Assembly: GCA_001821555.1 (NCBI GenBank)
Contig: MHMM01000006.1
Location: 1 to 53,135, forward strand
DNA length: 53,135 nucleotides
Source: Candidatus Nealsonbacteria bacterium RIFOXYB1_FULL_40_15
GTDB lineage: Bacteria; Patescibacteriota; Minisyncoccia; Minisyncoccales; GWA2-38-27
Direction: 5' to 3'
The notes beneath the pieces are model-generated. The model had not been told where the DNA came from and ran no database searches. It saw only the letters and a program-made list of their open reading frames with translations. Below, piece after piece: positions 46,524-53,135 of the stretch. Numbering within the stretch: position 1 is the stretch's first letter; every line of letters begins with the position of its first letter. The position numbers and the translations under genes are program-made.

Positions 46524-46596
46524 AGGCGTCTATTGCACGGAGCAGTTAGTATTATAAAAAATCGCTTTTTAAGTGGTTTTTTGTTAGAATAAAATA

Positions 46597-47121
46597 ATGA
46601 AACCGAAAGCGAAAGTCTATATTGACGGGGCAAATATGTTTTACACTCAAAAGAAATTGGGTTGGTTTATTGATTGGAAAAAAGTAAAAGATTTTCTTCA
46701 AGAAAATCGAGAAATCTTAGAAATTCGTTATTATACGGGCCTAAAAGTTAACGATGAAAAGATGGCAAGCTTCCTTAGATATTTAGATAATATTGGAATT
46801 GCGCCATTTACTAAACCAGTAAAAGTTATTAAAGTTGGTAACGATCATCCTTCAAAAAAATTTTATAACTATTCAGAAATTTATAAATCCAACTGTGATG
46901 TTGAGATGGCAACAGATATTCTCTTGGAAAGAAAAGAAATAGATGAAATAATTTTATTTACGGGTGATAGCGACTTTCAATACTTAATAAAGAAATTGAA
47001 AGATATAGGCAAGAAGGTTGCAGTTTTTTCATCGAGAAAAACCATTTCTTGGGAAATAAAATTGGTAGTTACGAAATACATTTATTTAGAAGATATTAAG
47101 GATAAAATAATACGAAAATAA
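46597..47121 (+). CDS. NYN-domain (LabA/DUF88, PIN-like) ribonuclease
   Basis: YIDGANM, DVEMATD, FTGDSDF acidic triad, GKKV. Confidence 0.92.
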   Translation: MKPKAKVYIDGANMFYTQKKLGWFIDWKKVKDFLQENREILEIRYYTGLKVNDEKMASFLRYLDNIGIAPFTKPVKVIKVGNDHPSKKFYNYSEIYKSNCDVEMATDILLERKEIDEIILFTGDSDFQYLIKKLKDIGKKVAVFSSRKTISWEIKLVVTKYIYLEDIKDKIIRK

Positions 47122-47160
47122 AAACCGCTCCGATTTGCATCGGAGCGTACTGTAAAACTA
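47115..47160 (-). ncRNA. Predicted ~45-nt small RNA convergent on the NYN gene
   Basis: Upstream consensus promoter; hairpin CGCTCCGAT-N4-ATCGGAGCG with a U tract only on the minus strand. Confidence 0.5.
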
Positions 47161-47165
47161 TTTTA

Positions 47166-47193
47166 AGTATAGCAAATTAGATTTCATTGTCAA
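47166..47193 (-). promoter_or_regulatory. Near-consensus minus-strand promoter facing the NYN gene
   Basis: TTGACA, 16-nt spacer, TATACT with TGn. Confidence 0.7.
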
Positions 47194-47210
47194 TGGGATT
47201 ATCATCAAAT

Positions 47211-47657
47211 ATGCAAAAGGGAGTAGATTATGTCGGAGTAGGGGCAGGAGCTATGATTTTCAATAGAGATGGGAAAGTATTTCTCGCCAAGCGAGGCCCT
47301 AAAGCTCGCAACGAAGCTGGAAAATGGGATTTTCCTGGTGGTGGTGTTGAGTTTGGAAAAAGATGCGAAGATGCAGTTAAGAGAGAAATAAAAGAAGAAT
47401 TTAATATGGATATTGAGATTATCGAACTACTTGAGGTGGTAAGCCATATTTTGCCAGAAGAAAAGCAACATTGGGTTTCTCCTTCGTATATTGCCAAGTA
47501 TGTTTCAGGAGAGCCAAGGATTATGGAACCAGAAAAGACAGAAGAGATAAAATGGGTGGATATTTTAGAAATAAACCCGAATACTTTAACTCAACCAAGC
47601 AGATTTGATTTAGATACATTTAAGAAAAAATACGAAAATAATTATAAATTTAAATAA
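47211..47657 (+). CDS. Nudix hydrolase 1
   Basis: GVGAGAMI, WDFPGGGVEFG...REIKEE, HWVS, P.IMEPEK; start set at MQKG (track 47187). Confidence 0.9.
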   Translation: MQKGVDYVGVGAGAMIFNRDGKVFLAKRGPKARNEAGKWDFPGGGVEFGKRCEDAVKREIKEEFNMDIEIIELLEVVSHILPEEKQHWVSPSYIAKYVSGEPRIMEPEKTEEIKWVDILEINPNTLTQPSRFDLDTFKKKYENNYKFK

Positions 47658-47665
47658 TATAAATT

Positions 47666-48088
47666 ATGGAAAATAAAGAAAATAGGCCGAAGGTGGGTGT
47701 AGGGGTATTTGTTATCAAGGATGGAAAGGTGCTTTTGGGAAAGCGTAAGAATTCTCATGGGGCAGGTGCTTGGTGTTTTGCAGGGGGACATCTTGAATAT
47801 GGAGAATCTTGGGAAGAATGTGCTATCCGAGAAACAATAGAAGAAACAGGATTAAAGATAAAGAATATTCGTTTTGCTACTGCGACAAATGATATTTTTG
47901 AAAAAGAGAATAAGCACTATATTACCATATTTATGCTTGCAGATTATGATGGAGGAGAATTAAAAATTATGGAGCCAGATAAGTGCGAAAAATGGGATTG
48001 GTTTGAATGGAAAGAGGAAAAACTGCCCAAACCTTTGTTTATTCCTCAGCAAAATTTATTAAAACAGAAATATAGCCCATTTAAATAA
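47666..48088 (+). CDS. Nudix hydrolase 2 (NUDT15/MutT-like)
   Basis: PKVGVGV, LLGKRKNSHGAG.W, GGHLEYGE...RETIEETGL, MEPDKC..W.WF. Confidence 0.92.
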   Translation: MENKENRPKVGVGVFVIKDGKVLLGKRKNSHGAGAWCFAGGHLEYGESWEECAIRETIEETGLKIKNIRFATATNDIFEKENKHYITIFMLADYDGGELKIMEPDKCEKWDWFEWKEEKLPKPLFIPQQNLLKQKYSPFK

Positions 48089-48098
48089 AAGATTATTT

Positions 48099-48521
48099 AT
48101 GAAAAATGAATACGACCAGTTTCATGTAGGAATTCACGTTTTTGTAATTAGAGATAATAAGCTTCTTTTGGGCAAAAGGAAGAATGTTTATGGAGAAGGT
48201 TCTTGGGGTTTGCCTGGCGGACATTTGGAGCAAAAAGAGAAAATGCAAGATACTGCTAAAAGAGAACTTATGGAAGAAACGGGAATGACTGCAAATAACT
48301 TTGAATTTGTTTGTTTGGTAAATGATAATAGAGAAGACCAGCACTATATTCAAGTTGGGTTTATGGCAAAAGATGCAGGAGGCGAGCCAATCTTAAAAGA
48401 ACCAAATAAATGCGAAGAATGGAAATGGTTTGATTTAAACGATTTGCCTCAAGAAGTATTTGTTGGAGCGAAGGATATAATCAAAGCTTTCCAGAATAAA
48501 TTAAATTTTATTGATAGATAA
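48099..48521 (+). CDS. Nudix hydrolase 3 (NUDT15/MutT-like)
   Basis: LLGKRKN..G.GSWGLPGGHLE...RELMEETGM, EPNKCEEW.WF. Confidence 0.92.
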   Translation: MKNEYDQFHVGIHVFVIRDNKLLLGKRKNVYGEGSWGLPGGHLEQKEKMQDTAKRELMEETGMTANNFEFVCLVNDNREDQHYIQVGFMAKDAGGEPILKEPNKCEEWKWFDLNDLPQEVFVGAKDIIKAFQNKLNFIDR

Positions 48522-48613
48522 GCCGTGGCGTGCCTTTACTTTTTAAATAATTGTGGTAATATTTTTGTAGTTCTTAAAACACACTAAAAAATCTTTCCGA
48601 GAGGAGACATGCC

Positions 48614-49294
48614 ATGATAGACATACAAAAGTTTTGGGTAGCGATCTTCAATGGATTAGTGCAAGATTTTCCATGGCTGAAAGAAAGGCTAATTCCGCTC
48701 AAGAGCTGTGCAGCTAATCAATTAGAGGGAAGTGTTGTAGTTTTGTATGACAGCGACCAACATCGGATTCAGTATACTCCCGAATTCACGAGACGTTTTA
48801 GAAGAATGATTCGGGACGGAAACAGAAAAACTGGTATACATAAAATGCTGGAGATAATGTATCTGGTTATCCGTGAATGTGTTCGTGCAATGGCTTATTG
48901 CTCCAAGGAAGAAGGCAGGCAAGGAATTACTTTCACGAGAGAAGTTGATGGCGCTATTGCTTGCCAAAATGCTGTGCTCAACTCTGAGATAGTGGACTAT
49001 TTCACCTTTGAGATAATGCGGCAAGATAAGAGCTTAGGAAATACTCCTGAAATGGAGGAATTTCTTCGCCAACGCAGAAGCCGTATTAAATGGGCAGAAG
49101 AGTTGATAATGGCAAGTGGCATAGAATGCATAGATGAGGACATGAGGAGTATCCTTGGTTTGTCAATTAACCATGTCGGAGTGCAAACAGTAGCGAGATT
49201 AAACGGAATACAATGCCTGACGGAAGCCTACTTTAACGGAAAGATGGAAATGCTAAAAGGTGCTTATCTTGAAAGGATGATGTATGGCTTGTGA
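48614..49294 (+). CDS. Hypothetical protein
   Basis: RBS GAGGAG; helical; RECVRA ... LNSEIVDY resembles a degenerate zincin. Confidence 0.7.
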   Translation: MIDIQKFWVAIFNGLVQDFPWLKERLIPLKSCAANQLEGSVVVLYDSDQHRIQYTPEFTRRFRRMIRDGNRKTGIHKMLEIMYLVIRECVRAMAYCSKEEGRQGITFTREVDGAIACQNAVLNSEIVDYFTFEIMRQDKSLGNTPEMEEFLRQRRSRIKWAEELIMASGIECIDEDMRSILGLSINHVGVQTVARLNGIQCLTEAYFNGKMEMLKGAYLERMMYGL

Positions 49295-49607
49295 GATTTG
49301 CGGCAAAGACAGTTGCGATTGTTCCATGGAACAACGTGACATAACTACAGATGTTTCTCTTGCTGAAAGGGCCTCAAAGGAGACCTTAGCGGAAAAGATG
49401 AAATCATTTGGGGGAGATTTCGCTTGGAGTTCTGGGTTAGGAAGACATAGCTTCCGTTGCGTGGGAGAATGTGGCGCGAAGATTGAAGTGCAGGGAGATT
49501 CCATGGATGATGCGGTAAAGAAGGCGGTAAGCGGAGGATGGACGAAAAGGAAAAGGGGTCTTTCCTGTCCACGATATCCTCATTGTTTCGGTGGGGGTGC
49601 ACCATAA
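49284..49607 (+). CDS. Cys-rich hypothetical protein
   Basis: CEICGKDSCDC, CVGEC, CPRYPHC; overlaps the upstream stop. Confidence 0.6.
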   Translation: MACEICGKDSCDCSMEQRDITTDVSLAERASKETLAEKMKSFGGDFAWSSGLGRHSFRCVGECGAKIEVQGDSMDDAVKKAVSGGWTKRKRGLSCPRYPHCFGGGAP

Positions 49608-49627
49608 AACAACCCTTGTAAGTTGAG

Positions 49628-49657
49628 GTCCTGTGGTTCTAATGCCACAGGACTTTT
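49628..49657 (+). terminator. Intrinsic terminator
   Basis: GTCCTGTGG-N8-CCACAGGAC-TTTT. Confidence 0.7.
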
Positions 49658-49936
49658 CTTTATATATTTTTAACTAACTATGCTGAGAGTTTTTGCAACC
49701 TCTTTAATTTCACGTAATTTTTCTTTGATTTCGCATATATATTCGCGGTTTTCCAATAGATTTAGCATATTTATAAGAACCTGCTTTGCAGAACCTTGAT
49801 TCGTTAAGGTAATTATATAATCTTGAATTAATAATTTTTAAACTGGGGAGCCGTAATAATTTAAGCTCAAATTTGATAATCCGAATGGGACGTTATGACC
49901 TTTTGTATTCAAGGCATTTTTTGGTATCATAAACAT

Positions 49937-51316
49937 ATGATTCATGATTTTATAAAAAAGGAAGATTTGAATCTCATGGTTAGCGCTTCTCGCTTAACAT
50001 TGGGGGCTGTTTGGATTGAGGAAGAAATGGGAAATGTCTTGGGAAGTGTTGATGTTTTTGTTAGAGATTTGCCAGATAATAGAAATTATTTGGTTTTTGT
50101 TGGTTTAGAAAATGTTATTGATTATTTGCTTAATTTGAAATTCAGAAAAGAGCATTTGGATTTTTTTCAAAAACAGTATAACTTTTCTGCAAAAGTAAAA
50201 AATTTCTATAAAAAGTTTAGATTTACGGGTGATTTATACGCAATGCCCGAAGGATCAATCTTCTTTCCAAAAGAACCGGTTATCAGAATAACAGCACCTT
50301 TGGTAGAAATCCAGCTGATAGAACAGTTTATTATAAATACGGTGATGTCTATGAGTATGTTTGCTTCCAAGCTTTCCAGATTTGAGTCTGCTTGCACCGG
50401 AATAACAAACGGGTTAGCGCTTCAAAGGACTCATGGGTTTGATGCGATAATGAAGAATGTTAGAGCTGGTATTATATCGGGCATTGACAAGTTTCCTATG
50501 GCTTTAGCGTCGATGAAGTACAATTTTCCAGCAGAAGGAGGAATGTCAACCCACATCTTTGTGACTTCTTTTTCTTCAGAAATAGAAGCTTTTGAAAAAT
50601 ATGCAAAATACTTCCCGGAAAGAGCAATACTTTTAATAGATACTTACAATATTGACCATGGAATTAAAAGTTTTATCAAAGTTGCCAAAGAGGTTGAAAA
50701 AAGAAACAAAAAATTAAGGGCAATTGCTTTAGATAGCGGAGATGTGATAAGGGATAGCATTAAAGCGCGCAAGGCTCTCGATGCCGCTGGTTTAAAATAC
50801 GTCCAGATCGCCATTATGGGGAATATTGATGAATTTAAAGCCCAAAAATTAATCAAAAATAGAGCAAGCGTTGATTTAATTGTCGGAGGCACAGAATTAA
50901 CAACCTGCACCGATAAACCGCAACTTGAATTAGTGTTTAAGCTTTCGGAAATAATCAGAGATAAAAAATCTTATCCTAAAATGAAATTGTCTTCCGGAAA
51001 AATTTCATTACCAGGAAGAAAACAGGTTTACAGATACTCTTCGAATGAAAAATACCTCCACGATATTATTGGCTTAGAAAATGAAGATATTAAAGGAGCT
51101 CCGTTATTAAAACCATATATCAAGAACGGAAAGCTTATTAGAAAAATGCCAGATATAAAAAAAATAACAAAATATCATTTAACGGAAAAAGACAAATTCA
51201 GTAAAGAGTTAATGGATATTAACAAAAAGGCAAATTATAGGGTCAGTTTGAGTTCTAAATTGAAGGTTTTGACACAAAAAACAAAACAAGAAATTCAAAA
51301 AATGATTTCATCCTAA
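49937..51316 (+). CDS. Divergent nicotinate phosphoribosyltransferase (PncB/NAPRT family)
   Basis: FVRDLP..RNYLVF.GLE, YAMPEG, LIDTYN, LDSGD, GGTEL, VFKL, K..LPGRKQVYR; start set at MIHDF (track 49895). Confidence 0.85.
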   Translation: MIHDFIKKEDLNLMVSASRLTLGAVWIEEEMGNVLGSVDVFVRDLPDNRNYLVFVGLENVIDYLLNLKFRKEHLDFFQKQYNFSAKVKNFYKKFRFTGDLYAMPEGSIFFPKEPVIRITAPLVEIQLIEQFIINTVMSMSMFASKLSRFESACTGITNGLALQRTHGFDAIMKNVRAGIISGIDKFPMALASMKYNFPAEGGMSTHIFVTSFSSEIEAFEKYAKYFPERAILLIDTYNIDHGIKSFIKVAKEVEKRNKKLRAIALDSGDVIRDSIKARKALDAAGLKYVQIAIMGNIDEFKAQKLIKNRASVDLIVGGTELTTCTDKPQLELVFKLSEIIRDKKSYPKMKLSSGKISLPGRKQVYRYSSNEKYLHDIIGLENEDIKGAPLLKPYIKNGKLIRKMPDIKKITKYHLTEKDKFSKELMDINKKANYRVSLSSKLKVLTQKTKQEIQKMISS

Positions 51317-51620
51317 TGCCAGTCAAAACCGAGGGTTTTAAGCGGGTTAACTTTTATGTATTACTGACCTTACCCGGGTTTTCTGACTAAGGTTCCCTAA
51401 GGTTATACGATAGTAAGGTTTACTCAGGTTTTAAGACAAGGAATTAATGATTAGATAGAAAATCTGATATGCCCGAATATTTCAGCTCCTGCTGAATTTT
51501 GAACCAGTCCAATAATTTGAATGTACGTTAACTAACTATTTATTTACATTTTTCTATAATCGTGGTAATGTTTTTTCAGTTCTTGTGAATATGTACGTTG
51601 CCAATTTGAAAGGGATAGAG

Positions 51621-51902
51621 ATGAAGATATCAGGATTTGTGGCGGCAATGGAAAAGTTCTGGACAAGAGCCGGGATGTTTTTCCCGACGCAAGAGTTCAA
51701 AGACAAGGTTCTTGTATTATCGTATGAAGTAAAGCGTGCCTTGGCGGATCAACTCGGAATTGCCATTCCTGCTGATTACAGAGATTTTCCCCAAGACCGA
51801 AAAATGAGAGAAACCGCAGTTTCTGCGACAAGCGAACTCTGTCGTTATCTGGACGAACACGATCAAGGTGTTGGCTACCAAGCGATAGCAGAAAGGGGGT
51901 GA
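51621..51902 (+). CDS. Hypothetical protein
   Basis: Likely start MKISG behind GGGATAGAG (track 51585); 3 nt before the next gene. Confidence 0.6.
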   Translation: MKISGFVAAMEKFWTRAGMFFPTQEFKDKVLVLSYEVKRALADQLGIAIPADYRDFPQDRKMRETAVSATSELCRYLDEHDQGVGYQAIAERG

Positions 51903-51905
51903 GCA

Positions 51906-52547
51906 ATGAAGACGATTGCATTTTGTTCATATTTCGGAAACCCGGGCAAAGCAAGTTTGATCGCCCTCTGCGCGAAACAGCTTGCTGAAACTGGCAAAAA
52001 AGTGTTCATTTTGGACACGGATTTACAGGCACCGAGCTTGCAGTGCCAGCAGCTTCATGGAGCTGAGTTCAAGCTAAGTAGTCGTAATTTTCTGGATTAC
52101 CTTTTGGGATTCCAGGAAACCGGTCAGGCAAGCGATAGGCTTGAATGGTATTGTACCAAGATGGATGCCAATCGAACTTTGCTGGCTGCAGGAGACGCTC
52201 CGTCGGAGGATTACTTTGCTAAACTTCTTACCTTTGATTGGGGATTGTTGTTCCCAATTGATGGTCAACGTTCGGGAATTCTGTTATTCCTTCATCTTTT
52301 GAAGGTAATCGAAAAGGATTTTTCTGCAGACGTTCTCTTGATAAACAACCCCGCGGGAGTTACGCAGGTCAGTTGCGCGTGGACAGTCGATTGTGGGGCA
52401 ATGCCGATATGGCTGAGGGGTGATGCTGAAGGAGACGCAACAGATGTGATTGTGGAGGGTTTTCGGAAATCCGGTCGGGATGTGCTGATTGTAGAAAGAG
52501 ACATCTCTTTCGAAGAATCCGATTCCCTTATGTGCAAGCTGGGATAA
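51906..52547 (+). CDS. Degenerate, truncated ParA/MinD-like ATPase
   Basis: FCSYFGNPGKAS at the Walker A position, LDTDLQAPSL, FLDYL, LL.AG. Confidence 0.65.
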   Translation: MKTIAFCSYFGNPGKASLIALCAKQLAETGKKVFILDTDLQAPSLQCQQLHGAEFKLSSRNFLDYLLGFQETGQASDRLEWYCTKMDANRTLLAAGDAPSEDYFAKLLTFDWGLLFPIDGQRSGILLFLHLLKVIEKDFSADVLLINNPAGVTQVSCAWTVDCGAMPIWLRGDAEGDATDVIVEGFRKSGRDVLIVERDISFEESDSLMCKLG

Positions 52548-52566
52548 AGTCGCAACGCGACAAACT

Positions 52567-52600
52567 GCTCCTATAGGCGAGTGCTTATAGGAGCTTTTTT
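52567..52600. terminator. Intrinsic terminator
   Basis: GCTCCTATA-N10-TATAGGAGC-TTTTTT. Confidence 0.65.
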
Positions 52601-52778
52601 ATTGCGCCAATAACATTAACTCCTTAACTTCTCTCATTGCAAGCTCTGGAACGGGGATGGCCTTGAACCAATCATAAGTTCGAAAGCTGTCCTTCCATGC
52701 GAGCCAAACAGGACGAATCAAAACCTCGTTTATTGCGTTATTGTTTGTTTTTGTCATTGCTTTTTCTTCTGTTTCCAT
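52599..52778 (-). CDS. Possible 59-aa protein whose ATG lies inside repeat copy 2
   Basis: METEEKAMTKTNNNAINEVLIRPVWLAWKDSF...; the longer track ORF overlaps the opposite-strand gene. Confidence 0.35.
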   Translation of the reverse strand: METEEKAMTKTNNNAINEVLIRPVWLAWKDSFRTYDWFKAIPVPELAMREVKELMLLAQ

Positions 52779-52885
52779 ATTTTTATGTTTTGGCCGTTCT
52801 GGCCTTGACTTTTTAGATAAATAAGCGCATAATTTAGCTATTGTTAATTTGTACATTCGATCCCCTACATAGATCGAAAGGAGAA
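52769..52885 (+). repeat. 117-bp promoter/RBS module, copy 2
   Basis: Direct repeat of 45392-45508, offset 7377 bp; TTGACT-17-CATAAT at 52805-52833. Confidence 0.9.
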
Positions 52886-52890
52886 AACTG

Positions 52891-53135
52891 ATGGGAACAA
52901 CAGCAGAACTTTCCAAAACGAAGCCGTTCCATGAGTCCATCGTGGATGAAATTCGGAGAATGAATGAACTCTCCGAAGATGCCAAGCTCACGGGACTTGG
53001 TGTTCTGGCTCACCTGATCATGAGAACCAAGATCCCCAAAAACCACAATGCCATTGCCGAGGCGTGGAAGGACGTTTACGGAATGGACGACCTTGGTGTC
53101 GTCGACAGCTTGGAAGAACAGAAGAAGGCTGCCGA
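52891..53135 (+). CDS. Hypothetical protein, truncated by the window end
   Basis: ATG after AAGGAG; open frame MGTTAELSKTKPFHESIVDEIRR...TKIPKNHNAIAEAW... runs off the end. Confidence 0.7.
   Translation, partial: MGTTAELSKTKPFHESIVDEIRRMNELSEDAKLTGLGVLAHLIMRTKIPKNHNAIAEAWKDVYGMDDLGVVDSLEEQKKAA

Noticed and set aside
49670-49840. Start-less minus-strand frame (…QGSAKQVLINMLNLLENREYICEIKEKLREIKEVAK…)
   Set aside because: May be a gene remnant, but there is no RBS or recognisable family; too weak to call
52779-52991. N-terminal extension of ORF 52599-52991 (-)
   Set aside because: It overlaps the promoter repeat and the RBS-supported plus-strand gene at 52891
1-53135. Alternative genetic code (UGA = Gly, as in Gracilibacteria)
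   Set aside because: Conserved genes are full-length under code 11, and TGA ends genes at expected positions (e.g. 5483, 13735)

Overview
A 53-kb bacterial chromosome window read with genetic code 11 and mostly encoded on the minus strand. Gene content and style (compact operons, GerMN/Gmad2/SIMPL/DUF378 proteins, a 7TM histidine kinase, a V-type ATPase next to a group A [FeFe] hydrogenase) suggest a Patescibacteria/Parcubacteria (Nealsonbacteria-like) organism. That assignment is inferred from content, not from a search. From 1 to about 45 kb the backbone carries: mpg; iscR-iscS-iscU with a type-1 IscR box; a SAM methyltransferase-7TM/GAF kinase-receiver cluster; three DUF523/TudS domains with a TtcA-like PP-loop gene and a degenerate tRNA; a MacAB-like ABC exporter; a ZIP transporter; UDG; a Fur/PerR-led oxidative-stress operon; tgt; a WYL-SdpI-PD-(D/E)XK trio; cell-envelope genes; rsmI; hydA/hydB-like genes; a nine-gene V-ATPase operon with a Na+-type rotor; greA-like, OmpR-like and ECF sigma genes; and a LysM repeat protein. 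From about 44.9 kb there is a mosaic accessory island starting at tRNA-Asn(GTT). The best leads are: (1) a GIY-YIG gene between a hairpin-interrupted copy of the tRNA-Asn 5' end and the intact tRNA; (2) a stand-alone NrdD glycyl-radical C-terminal domain inside the oxidative-stress operon, a candidate GrcA-like spare part for class III RNR; (3) a PhcB-like methyltransferase-kinase-regulator cluster, a candidate signalling circuit; (4) a NYN ribonuclease followed by a convergent promoter-terminator unit predicting a ~45-nt RNA; (5) a leaderless Leu-rich leader peptide with attenuator geometry. No rRNA, CRISPR array, integrase or transposase was seen. All family calls come from motif recognition by eye; no database searches were run.
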